64,000 nt of DNA from Candidatus Binatia bacterium (GTDB lineage: Bacteria > Desulfobacterota > Binatia > UBA9968 > CAXXLF01). Position numbers and translations under genes: made by a program. Shown here piece by piece: positions 1 through 9,462 of this stretch. The notes under the pieces are model-generated. The model searched no databases and was not told the DNA's origin. It was given only the letters and a program-made list of their open reading frames with translations. Within the stretch, counting starts at the first letter, position 1. Each line of letters begins with the position of its first letter. Where the stretch lies: contig CAXXLF010000001.1 of the NCBI GenBank assembly GCA_963664015.2, forward strand, positions 866,704-930,703, written 5' to 3'.

Positions 1-24
1 GCTGGAGTACCACGAGCAGGGGCC

Positions 25-945
25 CTAGCCATCCTCTGTCTGGGACCGTTCCCGGGGATGATAGCGACGATGAACCTGTTTCAGATGGGACCTATTGACA
101 TGGGTATAGATCTGGGTCGTTGAGATATCCGAATGTCCTAGCATCGACTGCACCGCTCTCAAGTCCGCCCCACCCTCCAGGAGGTGAGTCGCAAAAGAAT
201 GGCGCAGGGTGTGAGGTGTAACCTTACTTTCGATGCCAGCAGCCAACGCATAACGCCGGATCAACTTCCAGAATCCCTGGCGCGTCAAAGGCTTGCCCGA
301 ACGGGTCAGAAATAGAGAAGGACTCATCCTCCCACCGAGCAGCTGGGGACGCGCCTCACGCAAGTATTGCCGCAGTTTCTCATCCGCCCACCGACCAAAG
401 GGCATAGCCCGAACCTTTCCGCCTTTTCCACGGACAGTCAGAAAATCCCCCTCAAGATTGATCTGCGGTGTCTTCAGTGAGACGAGTTCCGAAACCCGGA
501 GCCCGGTGGCGTATAGGAACTCGAGCATGGCCTGATCTCTCAGACCCAGTGGGTTCGATGGATCGGGCTGAGCCAACAGCTTTTGGACGTCTTGAAGGCT
601 CAACGTCTTAGGAAGCCGGCGACCCTCGGCGGGTAAAAAGATTCGGGGCAATGGATTCTCAGGTATGAGTTCCTCTCGTTCCAGAAATCGGTAGAGCTGC
701 CGAATGGAGACGACGTTCCGCGTGATTGAGCGAACGCTCAGCCCGGCTTTCCTTAGATGTGCAAGGTAAGAACGCAAATGATCGGTCTGGACTTCGGGCC
801 AGACACGAAGCCCTTGCCGCTGGACAAAGGCTGCAAGCCGATTGATGTCACGGCTATAGGCCTCCAGGGTGTTTCTGGCAAGCCCCTTTTCCACCGCGAG
901 CATGTTGAGGAAGGCATCAACCGGCGGGCTGAGCGATTCGTTCAT
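25..945 (-). CDS. xerD: Tyrosine site-specific recombinase XerD/XerC
   Basis: ORF 25..966. Core-binding region LAVEKGLARNTLEAYSRDI and catalytic C-terminus HTLRHSFATHLLEGGADLR...LGHSDISTTQIYTHV. Start placed at the internal Met (MNESLSPP) at 945; 966 is also possible. Overlaps the glnD 3' end. Confidence 0.85.
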   Translation of the reverse strand: MNESLSPPVDAFLNMLAVEKGLARNTLEAYSRDINRLAAFVQRQGLRVWPEVQTDHLRSYLAHLRKAGLSVRSITRNVVSIRQLYRFLEREELIPENPLPRIFLPAEGRRLPKTLSLQDVQKLLAQPDPSNPLGLRDQAMLEFLYATGLRVSELVSLKTPQINLEGDFLTVRGKGGKVRAMPFGRWADEKLRQYLREARPQLLGGRMSPSLFLTRSGKPLTRQGFWKLIRRYALAAGIESKVTPHTLRHSFATHLLEGGADLRAVQSMLGHSDISTTQIYTHVNRSHLKQVHRRYHPRERSQTEDG

Positions 946-3622
946 ATTCCTTAACCAACCCCCCATGCAGAGCCTGGTGAATCATTTCCAATCGGTCCTT
1001 GTTCTCAATCTTTTTGCCCTGTTCATCGGTCACATAAAAGACATCCGCGACCTGGTCCACATTGGTCGAGATCTTCGCCAAGTGAATGACAACTCCAAGC
1101 TCGAACAGGGCTTGGGCAATGGAAAAGAGGACTCCGACCCGATCCTGGGTATAGACCTCCATGATGCTAAAGTCCTCGGAGGCGTGGTTGTCAAAATGAA
1201 AAACCGTTGGGACCCGGGGTGCCCGTCGCGATTTAAAAAGCAACCGTCGGCCTGATTCTTTGACCAGACGCCCAATGTTCACATCCTCGTTCATCACCCA
1301 TTGCAGGGTACTTTGCACACGCGCCCACTTGCCGTCCTCCATGACCACCTCTGGTCTGCCAAGGTGGGAGATGCGAAAGACATCGAGGATGACCCCGTCC
1401 TCGCGCGTATTGATTCGGGCACCCAGGATATCCAGTCCCAAAGAGGCAAAGACACCACTCACCCTAGCGAAGAAGCCCGGTCGATCCTTCGCACAGACGG
1501 CCATCTCACTGAATTCACGTTCGGGGAAGTGACGTACGCTGCTAATCACTCCCTGGCCCGTATACTGCTCCATGAGTTTGAAGTGAAACGACATTTCCCC
1601 CTCAGGGGTCGTGAGGAAATATCGATCGGGCATGCCATGAAGCAACGAATGAAGCTTCTCCCCCGGTATCTGCCCATGGAGCATCCTCTTCAAACGATTC
1701 TGGATCCGCTGCACCTTGGAACGGTTATCGGCCTTTTGAAACTCGCCTTTTTCCAACTCTTCCAGGACTCGCGCCGTACGGACGTATAGATCCTCCAAAA
1801 GCGAACCCTTCCAGTTGTTCCAAACGCCCGGGGCTACGGCCCTGATGTCGGAGGCAGTCAATAAATAGAGCATCTTCAGGTTGCTCAAGCTACCTACCAA
1901 TCGAGCGAATTTGACAATCTCTTCGTCATCGTCGATATCGCGCCGAAATGCGGTGTTGGAGTGAATGAGATGCTGCAATACGAGAAAAACTAATTGCTCG
2001 CGATCATCAACGTTCAGTCGGAGCCTCCTGCCGATCTCATCGGCCATACGGCTTCCTATCTCCGAATGGTTTCCCCCGAATCCCTTGCCGATATCGTGGA
2101 AGAGGATGCTAAGGAACTGAACATCGAGCTTATCCACCTCGCGGGCAAGCTGGGTCAATAGGGGGAGTTCTTCCCTGAACTCGCCGGACCGAAGACGTTC
2201 GAATTCCCACACGGCCTTGAGTGAATGCTGGTCCACCGTGTAGATATGGTACAGGTCGTGCTGCGCCATACACAGTACCCGGCCGAATTCGGGGAGAAAG
2301 GCATCTAGAACCCCGCAACGGTGCATCTCTACCAAGGTTTCAAAAACCCTATTTTCACCCCGCAAGATCTCCAGGAACGTAGCATTGGGGGCCTCCGAGT
2401 TGCGGAAACCCTCGTCCACAAGGCTTACGTGGTCACGAAGCAACTCACGGGATTCCTGGTCGATCTCGGCTTGATGGCGCTGCACGTCGAGAAAAATAGA
2501 CATCAGGCCCTCCCGGTCCGAGGTCAGGAGCTCGGGACGGGTAATCGTGAGTATTCCCCGGAAAAAAGAGACTCCCGGTCGGATTTCTTTACCGTTTCTC
2601 TGTCCCTTTGGGCGATCGAGTTCGGGGTTCTCCATTGCCCGGTGTAGCACCAAGGATGTCACACGACTGATTTGAGCGGCGTGAAGATAATAGGCCCGCA
2701 TGAAGGCTTCCACGCCCTTAATTTTATCGTCGCCTTCAAAACCCAAGTGGCCGGCGACCTTCTCTTGCTGCTCGAACGTCAGCTGATCCTGGTGATTGCT
2801 GGACGTGAAGTGGACCTCGTTTCTGACGCGCCAGAGGAAATCCCGTCCCCCTTTGAGCGCGTTGAGATCCTTGACCGTTAATACCCGGCGATCACTGAGA
2901 TCCCGCAGGTGGAGGACCTTCCAGCGGACCTTAGCGATCCAAAGCAAGGTGTGGATATCGCGCAATCCTCCTTCCCCCTCTTTGATTTCCGGCTCGGAGA
3001 GATAGACCGAGGCCCCATATCGCTCGTGCCGGGATCGATACTCCTCCATCTTGCTGCGAGCGAATCGATCGGACGCTGCTCCGGCAAAGGAATCATCGAA
3101 AGCCTTGGTAAAATTCATGAACAACGGTTTTTCCCCGGCAATGAAGCGGGCATCGATCATGGAGGTCTTGACCTTCATGTCCTTGTTTCCCAATCGGACA
3201 GACTCAGCGATACTGCGGATCGCGTGACCGACCTGAAGCCCCGAATCCCACAGGGCATAAAGGATCTTTTCGGCAACAAACTCCACAAAAGGTGTTACCT
3301 TCCAAACATGGAGAAAGAGAAGGTCGATGTCCGACTGGGGGTTGAGCTCTGCCCGTCCGTAGCCTCCTTGAGCCAACAGCGCGCAACGATGACTCAAGGT
3401 TGGGAAACGATCAATATAGTCCCGGCTGGCAGCCTCAAAGAGTGACCGGATCAGGTGATCCATTGCCTTGGTATAGGCCGAAACGATCTCCCCGCCTCCG
3501 GCCCCGCCCCGATGGGCTTTGAACAGGGCCTCACGCGTCCGGTCGATATAGAACTTCGGCGCACTTGTTGGGTCCGATGCCAGGAGCTCCGATAGCCAAC
3601 GGCCGGTTAGATCTTCTTCCAC
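917..3622 (-). CDS. glnD: [Protein-PII] uridylyltransferase/uridylyl-removing enzyme
   Basis: 901 aa. Nucleotidyltransferase motif GGYGRAELNPQSDIDLLFL, HD domain (LFHDIGKG) and two C-terminal ACT-like repeats. This is the typical GlnD architecture. Confidence 0.85.
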   Translation of the reverse strand: MEEDLTGRWLSELLASDPTSAPKFYIDRTREALFKAHRGGAGGGEIVSAYTKAMDHLIRSLFEAASRDYIDRFPTLSHRCALLAQGGYGRAELNPQSDIDLLFLHVWKVTPFVEFVAEKILYALWDSGLQVGHAIRSIAESVRLGNKDMKVKTSMIDARFIAGEKPLFMNFTKAFDDSFAGAASDRFARSKMEEYRSRHERYGASVYLSEPEIKEGEGGLRDIHTLLWIAKVRWKVLHLRDLSDRRVLTVKDLNALKGGRDFLWRVRNEVHFTSSNHQDQLTFEQQEKVAGHLGFEGDDKIKGVEAFMRAYYLHAAQISRVTSLVLHRAMENPELDRPKGQRNGKEIRPGVSFFRGILTITRPELLTSDREGLMSIFLDVQRHQAEIDQESRELLRDHVSLVDEGFRNSEAPNATFLEILRGENRVFETLVEMHRCGVLDAFLPEFGRVLCMAQHDLYHIYTVDQHSLKAVWEFERLRSGEFREELPLLTQLAREVDKLDVQFLSILFHDIGKGFGGNHSEIGSRMADEIGRRLRLNVDDREQLVFLVLQHLIHSNTAFRRDIDDDEEIVKFARLVGSLSNLKMLYLLTASDIRAVAPGVWNNWKGSLLEDLYVRTARVLEELEKGEFQKADNRSKVQRIQNRLKRMLHGQIPGEKLHSLLHGMPDRYFLTTPEGEMSFHFKLMEQYTGQGVISSVRHFPEREFSEMAVCAKDRPGFFARVSGVFASLGLDILGARINTREDGVILDVFRISHLGRPEVVMEDGKWARVQSTLQWVMNEDVNIGRLVKESGRRLLFKSRRAPRVPTVFHFDNHASEDFSIMEVYTQDRVGVLFSIAQALFELGVVIHLAKISTNVDQVADVFYVTDEQGKKIENKDRLEMIHQALHGGLVKEYERIAQPAG

Positions 3623-3639
3623 CTACGGTTTCATCCTTT

Positions 3640-4842
3640 CTACAGGTTCTTTCCGACAGCCGAATTTTCTTCGTATTCTTTAATGCCGAGAAAAATGGCG
3701 TGCACAATGGAATTTTGAAAAGACGACCGAGCAAGGTACCTCCCTTCGTAACGATTGGTCACAAAGAATGTCTCAAGCAGAACACTGGGCATCCTGGCTC
3801 CCACCAAAACGTAGAACAGACCTTTCTTGACACCGAGGTTTTTTGCCTGGCGGTACTTTTTTTTCATGTGGGTCACTAGAGAAGATTGGAGATGATGGGC
3901 CAGTCCGACGGAGCCTTCCAGTTTGGAGTTTTGAGTCAGATCACTCAATATGAACTGAAGATCCGATATATTTCTCCGCGACGTGCCGTTCTCCCTGGCT
4001 GCCAGTCGTATAGTCGCCTCATCGGTCGCGTTGTCCAAGTAGTAGGTCTCGATGCCCCGCAGGCGCGGGTTAGTGCTCGCATTGATATGGAGAGAAATGA
4101 ACAGGTCCGCATTTTGCGCATTGGCAAAAGCGGTCCTATTCTCCAGCGGGACAAAGCGGTCGTTAGTACGTGTCAGGAGGACTTCGATCCCCATTTCCCG
4201 TCTGATCTTGGTGGCCAGTTTCATGGCGATCTTAAGTACAACGTCCTTCTCTGCAACACCCCGGGGACCGATGGCTCCAGGATCTTTGCCCCCATGACCC
4301 GGGTCCAGTACTATTTTCCGAATTCCGAACCGTTTTTTCTTTCGCACCACACCGGTCCCTGGGCCTCCCTTTCTCAGCTTCGCCGATTGGACATCGTTCT
4401 CCTCACCCTGAACATCCATCACCAGCCGAAAGGGATCGGGAAGCAAAAAGGTCTTGTGCCCGGCAAAACTCTTCATATCGAGCACCACACGCACCACGCG
4501 GGGCTGGAACTGTCCAACACGTACCGTTCGCAACAATTGATCGCGTATAACGATTTTACGATCCACCCGGGGATCCAATCGGGCACCGATGAGATCTACA
4601 TAAACCCGCGGTGGAAGTTTTTTTAAAGGGTTCCTCTCCAGGACGTGGGTCTGATACTCGACACTCCCCGACAAATCCATAACGACTCGCGTATAGTTAC
4701 CGGAAGAAACATGGCGAATCCCCTTGAGCGTCGACAAACCAGATTGGTTCTTTTCCCCAGTCACTTCCGTCCAAGGAAAGAGCCCGAGGGCTAGAATCAA
4801 GGCCAACGCAACGAAGGCGATTATCGGTCGGTGACGCTTCAT
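3640..4842 (-). CDS. amiC: N-acetylmuramoyl-L-alanine amidase (AMIN domain + Amidase_3)
   Basis: N-terminal signal peptide (MKRHRPIIAFVALALILALG). AMIN-like region (YTRVVMDL...RVYVDLIG). Amidase_3 motifs IVLDPGHGGKDPGA and LFISLHINAS. Confidence 0.85.
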   Translation of the reverse strand: MKRHRPIIAFVALALILALGLFPWTEVTGEKNQSGLSTLKGIRHVSSGNYTRVVMDLSGSVEYQTHVLERNPLKKLPPRVYVDLIGARLDPRVDRKIVIRDQLLRTVRVGQFQPRVVRVVLDMKSFAGHKTFLLPDPFRLVMDVQGEENDVQSAKLRKGGPGTGVVRKKKRFGIRKIVLDPGHGGKDPGAIGPRGVAEKDVVLKIAMKLATKIRREMGIEVLLTRTNDRFVPLENRTAFANAQNADLFISLHINASTNPRLRGIETYYLDNATDEATIRLAARENGTSRRNISDLQFILSDLTQNSKLEGSVGLAHHLQSSLVTHMKKKYRQAKNLGVKKGLFYVLVGARMPSVLLETFFVTNRYEGRYLARSSFQNSIVHAIFLGIKEYEENSAVGKNL

Positions 4843-4847
4843 ACGGG

Positions 4848-7448
4848 TTAGTGGCTGACTTGTTTCGCTTCCTCAACCAGGCGATTGAGTAGAGTTAAAG
4901 CCTCCACAGGAGTCATCACGTTCACATCCACTCGTTTGAGTTCTTCTCGAAACCTTGAGTCTGCATCTGCAAAAAGCATCATCTGGGAATTTCCCTTCGC
5001 ACTTGAAGCCCCTGCCAGCCTGGGCCTTCCCCCTGCGTCCAACTCAACCCCTTCGAGGGTCCTAAGTATCTCCTTCGCCCTCTCAATCAACGACAGGGGA
5101 AGTCCCGCTAGATTGGCCACGTGAATGCCGTAGCTATGGCTCGAGGCACCGGCTACCAGGTTGCGCAGGAAGATAACTTCACCTTTCCACTCCTTAACCG
5201 CGAAGCTGAAGTTTTTTACCCTTTCCTGGGTCAAGGCTAAATCCGTCAGCTCGTGATAGTGCGTAGCGAACAATGTCCGGGGGCGATAGTCCAGCCCATG
5301 GAGATACTCGGCCACGGACCACGCAATGGAAATACCATCAAACGTGCTGGTACCCCGACCCACCTCGTCTAAAAGAATGAGACTGCGCGGCGTTGCCTGA
5401 TTCAAGATACGCGCGGTCTCTTTCATCTCCACCATAAACGTGGACTCCCCGCGGGCCAGAGCGTCGGATGCCCCAATTCGGGTGAAGAGCCGATCCACAA
5501 TCCCGATGCGTGCCTCGGAGGCTGGGACGAACCCCCCCATTTGGGCCAGCACGACGATCAGGGCCACCTGGCGCATATAGGTCGATTTGCCCACCATGTT
5601 GGGGCCTGTGAGAATGAGGATCTGATCTGAGTCACGGTCCAAAAAGCAGTCATTGGGGACAAAGGCACCCCGGCCCCGGACCGCCTCAACCACCGGATGA
5701 CGCCCTTCGCGAATCGATAGGGTTGCACTCGAATCGATTCTGGGGCGAATAAAATGGCAAGAATGGGCGGCCTCGGCAAGGGAAAGTAACACGTCCAGAG
5801 TGGCCAGGGATTGGCTGGTTTGCCGCATCTGATCGTAAAAACCCGCCACCTGCCCCCTGACTTCGGCAAAGATGGACTGCTCCAGTTTGAGTATTTCCTC
5901 TTCCGAACCCAAGACCTTGGCCTCGTATTCTTTCAAATCGGGTGTGATGTATCTCTCACCATTGGTCAGCGTTTGCTTGCGGATATAGTCCGGAGGAACC
6001 AGGTTGAGATTGGCATGGGTCACTTCGATGTAATAACCAAATACCCTGTTATACCCGACCTTCAAGGACGGGATGCCCGTGCGTTGACGCTCCTGCTTCT
6101 GCAGCAAGGCTATCCAGTCCTTGGCGTTGGTACGTATCCCTCTCAGTTCGTCCAGTTCGGCGTTGAATCCCGGCCGAATGGCGCCCCCCTCTTTCAACTG
6201 GGGACGGGGTTCATCGACGATCGCCTGCTCCACCAGTTCAACAACTTCAGGCAGAGCCCAGAGTTCACGTCGCAGTAGACCAAAGATTTCAGCGTCATAG
6301 TCCCGCAGCTTGGCACCCAGGGGAGTTAACGCTTGAAGCGTATCCTTGACCGCCACCAGATCTCTAGGGTTGGCCGTCCCTGCAACGATTCTGCTGGCAA
6401 GCCGCTCCAGATCCTGTATGCCCTTGAGACAAACCCTGATATCCTGGCGCCCCGCATAGTCCAGCACCAACTCCTCCACACCATCCTGCCGGCGGCGAAT
6501 GGTGTGTTCATCCAACAACGGATAGAGGATCCACTGGCGTAGCCGCCTCGCCCCCATGGGCGTCAAAGTGTGATCCAACACTCCCAGCAGGGAGTCCTTC
6601 CTCTCCCCCTGCAGGCTGCTCAGCAGTTCCAGATTAGCCCTGCTGGTTTCGTCGATCATCATGAACTGTGAAGCCCTGTAGGGCTCCAGTCCACCGAGCG
6701 CCTTGAGGATCTCGGCCAGGTTCTGCTCAAGGAAAGAAACGATCGCACCCGCAGCCCTCATGCCCTGCTCGCAACCCTCTTCGTGTTCTCCGTTCCAGAG
6801 GCCCAGGGAACGCAAGTGTTCCTTATTGTTCGGTGAGAAGTAAGACTCCTGAACGGGACTCAAGTGTACCGACGTGAGATCCTTCTGTAACCGTTCTGCG
6901 AGGGGTCCGTCCTCTTCCGAGTAAAGGACTTCACGTGGGTTGACACGTAACACTTCATCCAACATAGACTCGTAATCCGAAAGTTGAGTAAAACGAAACT
7001 CTCCCGTGGTTACATCCGTGAAGGCCACCCCCAGCCCCTTGGGCCCCTTGCAGAGCGCTACAAGAAAGTTGTTATCGCGCCAGTCAATGCCTTCACCTTC
7101 AGTGATCGTACCCGGCGTAATAACCCGGACCACTTCCCTGTGCACCACACCTTTTGCCGTTTTAGGGTCTTCCATCTGTTCACAAACAGCAACCTTGCAA
7201 CCCGCCTCCAGCAGCTTTCCGATATAAGGCGTCGCAGCATGGTACGGGACGCCGCATAGGGGAACCGGGGATTCATCGCTTCGATTACGTGAGGTTAGGG
7301 CAATATCGAGAATTTTGGCCGCCTTTTCAGCATCTTCGAAAAACATCTCGTAAAAATCACCCAGACGAAAAAACAGGATCGCATCGCGGTGTTTCTCCTT
7401 TATCTGGAGATACTGCTGGATCATGGGGCTGACTTTCACCGGTTCCAC
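4848..7448 (-). CDS. mutS: DNA mismatch repair protein MutS
   Basis: N-terminus PMIQQYLQIKEKHRDAILFFRLGDFYEMFFEDA, Walker A GPNMVGKSTYMRQ, and STFMVEM/DEVGRGTST motifs. Start set at GTG 7448, which has AGGAG 8 nt upstream and lies 4 nt after the MerR-like stop. The longer tracked ORF (to 7547) would overlap the upstream gene. Confidence 0.93.
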   Translation of the reverse strand: MEPVKVSPMIQQYLQIKEKHRDAILFFRLGDFYEMFFEDAEKAAKILDIALTSRNRSDESPVPLCGVPYHAATPYIGKLLEAGCKVAVCEQMEDPKTAKGVVHREVVRVITPGTITEGEGIDWRDNNFLVALCKGPKGLGVAFTDVTTGEFRFTQLSDYESMLDEVLRVNPREVLYSEEDGPLAERLQKDLTSVHLSPVQESYFSPNNKEHLRSLGLWNGEHEEGCEQGMRAAGAIVSFLEQNLAEILKALGGLEPYRASQFMMIDETSRANLELLSSLQGERKDSLLGVLDHTLTPMGARRLRQWILYPLLDEHTIRRRQDGVEELVLDYAGRQDIRVCLKGIQDLERLASRIVAGTANPRDLVAVKDTLQALTPLGAKLRDYDAEIFGLLRRELWALPEVVELVEQAIVDEPRPQLKEGGAIRPGFNAELDELRGIRTNAKDWIALLQKQERQRTGIPSLKVGYNRVFGYYIEVTHANLNLVPPDYIRKQTLTNGERYITPDLKEYEAKVLGSEEEILKLEQSIFAEVRGQVAGFYDQMRQTSQSLATLDVLLSLAEAAHSCHFIRPRIDSSATLSIREGRHPVVEAVRGRGAFVPNDCFLDRDSDQILILTGPNMVGKSTYMRQVALIVVLAQMGGFVPASEARIGIVDRLFTRIGASDALARGESTFMVEMKETARILNQATPRSLILLDEVGRGTSTFDGISIAWSVAEYLHGLDYRPRTLFATHYHELTDLALTQERVKNFSFAVKEWKGEVIFLRNLVAGASSHSYGIHVANLAGLPLSLIERAKEILRTLEGVELDAGGRPRLAGASSAKGNSQMMLFADADSRFREELKRVDVNVMTPVEALTLLNRLVEEAKQVSH

Positions 7449-7452
7449 TTGG

Positions 7453-7941
7453 CTAACTCCTGCGTTTCTGGGGAACGACACGTTTCGGTTCCAAGGCGGG
7501 CAATTTAGGTAGGGAGTCCTTTGGGACCACGAGCTGTCGTATTTCACCGCTCAGGTCCCGCACCAGACTCCCGATAGCAACTGAAAATACAAACTGCCAG
7601 TCAAGAGCCTCCAGTATCTCCCTCCGATCATCGGTCAGGACAAAGAGCTGTTTTCCATCGGTTAGATACTTAAGGGATGCCGCCGCAGGGGTCTTGAGCC
7701 TGGAATCCTCGCCCAGGTGACGTAGGCAAAGGCGAATCCCCCGCAAGCTTAGACCATGATCGGAAAGGTTTTTTACGATCTTGAGTTTGACCAGATCGGA
7801 GAAGGAATAGAGGCGTTTGGAACCTCTCCCGGCGGCTTGACGAACCGTAGGACGGATGAACCCCTTCTCATCCCAGTACTGGATCTGGCGCAAAGAAACG
7901 TCCGCAAGGCGCGACACCGTCTTGCTGTTAAAGTATTCCAT
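7453..7941 (-). CDS. MerR-family transcriptional regulator with uncharacterised C-terminal domain
   Basis: From the internal Met: MEYFNSKTVSRLADVSLRQIQYWDEKGFIRP...YSFSDLVKLKIVKNL, a typical MerR winged-HTH. The ~90 aa C-terminus has no motif I recognise. ATG at 7941 lies downstream of a sigma70-like promoter. Confidence 0.75.
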   Translation of the reverse strand: MEYFNSKTVSRLADVSLRQIQYWDEKGFIRPTVRQAAGRGSKRLYSFSDLVKLKIVKNLSDHGLSLRGIRLCLRHLGEDSRLKTPAAASLKYLTDGKQLFVLTDDRREILEALDWQFVFSVAIGSLVRDLSGEIRQLVVPKDSLPKLPALEPKRVVPQKRRS

Positions 7942-7961
7942 CGAATATTGGAATGAAAACA

Positions 7962-7977
7962 ATCGTGTTTTCACGAT
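7962..7977. promoter_or_regulatory. Perfect palindrome ATCGTG-TTTT-CACGAT, candidate operator
   Basis: Read directly: 6-bp arms with a 4-nt spacer, abutting or overlapping the -10 hexamer of the MerR-like promoter. Confidence 0.35.
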
Positions 7978-8004
7978 GATAATGAGCCCATAAAGCGTTG
8001 TCAA
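7976..8004 (-). promoter_or_regulatory. Sigma70-like promoter for the MerR-like/mutS unit (TTGACA-17 nt-TATCAT)
   Basis: The minus strand reads TTGACA (8004..7999), a 17-nt spacer, then TATCAT (7981..7976), about 35 nt upstream of ATG 7941. Confidence 0.45.
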
Positions 8005-8024
8005 GCAAATGGGCCATCTAACAG

Positions 8025-8054
8025 TTGACAGTTTGGCTAATTGCTTGGTAGCCT
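8025..8054 (+). promoter_or_regulatory. Candidate divergent promoter for the VOC gene (TTGACA-18 nt-TAGCCT)
   Basis: TTGACA at 8025..8030 is the inverted copy of the minus-strand -35 at 7999..8004, 20 bp away. The -10 (TAGCCT, 8049..8054) is weak. Confidence 0.3.
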
Positions 8055-8130
8055 CCAGCACGATTCCTGCCCGATTTTGAGCGGGATCGGACTCAATGCT
8101 ATAGGATCCGTACTTTCAGGAGGGAATGAC

Positions 8131-8991
8131 ATGGCCGACAGCGCACCCCGCGGGGCAGTTCACTGGATCGATCACATTGCGGTGGGAACCAACGACATGT
8201 CCGCGTGGGTGGAATGGGCGGTCAAAGCCACGGGCGTTCCTCCCCAGACCATTGCCATGGTGACAACGGCGGGACGCAACAACAAGCGACCGATCTATTG
8301 TTTTCTCCCTTACGGTAATGGTTCGTGCCGCATCGGCGCCTTTCTCCAGTGGGAAGCCTTCCCGCCAAGGGAAGCGTTGGGTAAAGATCTTCCCCGATTC
8401 GGGTTTTTTATCCGTTCGGAGGATGTCACTACACATCTGGCTCGCCTGGACCAACACGGCATACCTCATTCGGATCCTATGAATATTTCCAACCAAGGGG
8501 CGCAAGGGACTTCCATCTACATTGAAGATCCGGACGGGAACCAGTACGAATTTTGGGCGCCCGTCGACATGCCCGATGGGGCTATGGCTTGCGCGACACC
8601 GCTTAACGTAGGGAGGATTAGTCATGCGGTCTACGGGTCACGGGACCTCGAACGAACCGCGGCCTTGTTCAAAAAGTACTGTGGCCTAAAGCAGTTGGAC
8701 AGTCCCGATATCCCTGACGACACCTTGGTCCTACCACTACTAGGCGGCGCCCGAATCATTTATCAATTAGTCGACAAGGTCGATCAGCGCATCGCTGGGC
8801 ACAGGCCGTGGTGGGACATGCATACCGCACTGACCGTTCGCCATGACGAGTTCTTTCCCAACTACCGGCGTTTGTGGGAAGGGATCCCCGAAGAAGCCGA
8901 TACGAAAGAAAACCTGGTCCTACCCCGGGAAGAGGAAGACGCGCTCCCCGCGCGAACCGCACTGCACCCGAGCCCCGTGGGGGTCAAGTGA
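8131..8991 (+). CDS. Two-domain VOC (glyoxalase/extradiol dioxygenase-fold) protein, apparently truncated in its second domain
   Basis: GGAGGGA RBS precedes ATG 8131. The first VOC module runs VHWIDHIAVGT...SIYIEDPDGNQYEFWAP. The second starts ISHAVYGSRDLERTAALF but lacks its terminal beta-strands in this frame. Confidence 0.65.
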   Translation: MADSAPRGAVHWIDHIAVGTNDMSAWVEWAVKATGVPPQTIAMVTTAGRNNKRPIYCFLPYGNGSCRIGAFLQWEAFPPREALGKDLPRFGFFIRSEDVTTHLARLDQHGIPHSDPMNISNQGAQGTSIYIEDPDGNQYEFWAPVDMPDGAMACATPLNVGRISHAVYGSRDLERTAALFKKYCGLKQLDSPDIPDDTLVLPLLGGARIIYQLVDKVDQRIAGHRPWWDMHTALTVRHDEFFPNYRRLWEGIPEEADTKENLVLPREEEDALPARTALHPSPVGVK

Positions 8992-9164
8992 AGAAGGCCT
9001 GCAAACGCGGGGACGATTTCTACGATTGGGACGGACACCTCTTTCACTTTTATGCCGGCATCCCCATCAGGGGAGATGATTCCCTCGCCGTCTATCAGGG
9101 GAAGGAACAAGAAGAGAACCTGAAGGAACTCATTGAGGCATTGGAGAACAATACCCTTTTTTAA
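8988..9164 (+). CDS. Small ORF encoding the missing C-terminal VOC strands (-1 frame; GTGA start/stop overlap)
   Basis: KKACKRGDDFYDWDGHLFHFYAG mirrors the IEDPDGNQYEFW end of module 1. GTG 8988 overlaps the TGA at 8989..8991. A G5 run at 8979..8983 lies just upstream. Confidence 0.5.
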   Translation: MKKACKRGDDFYDWDGHLFHFYAGIPIRGDDSLAVYQGKEQEENLKELIEALENNTLF

Positions 9165-9462
9165 CTCAACACCTGAATTCAACCAACCTACGGTGTCTTT
9201 TCACCGCTTGCCCCATCCAACCGTCCTCCAGCGGACCAGGTGATTCTCATACCCTTAGGATCCAGTACCTATTTCTAACCCCGTTTTTTGGCTTGTAGCC
9301 CCAAACCAAAATTGGTACAGCCCCCCCGGCGGGATAGTACCTAGGGGACCCTGCGGACTCATGTCCTATAGACTACCCAGGAGACTGGCCAATGGTCAGC
9401 CGACCCTGTCTGAATATCAAATCAACCCTTTTGAGGCGGAATCCAATTCCGAGGAGGTTTTC

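Noticed and set aside
7449-7547. Tracked 5' extension of the mutS ORF (MKYDSSWSQRTPYLNC...) overlapping the MerR-like gene by ~95 nt.
   Set aside because: The extension has no MutS homology. The conserved N-terminus begins at ...SPMIQQYL, and a GTG with AGGAG 8 nt upstream sits right after the MerR-like stop codon.
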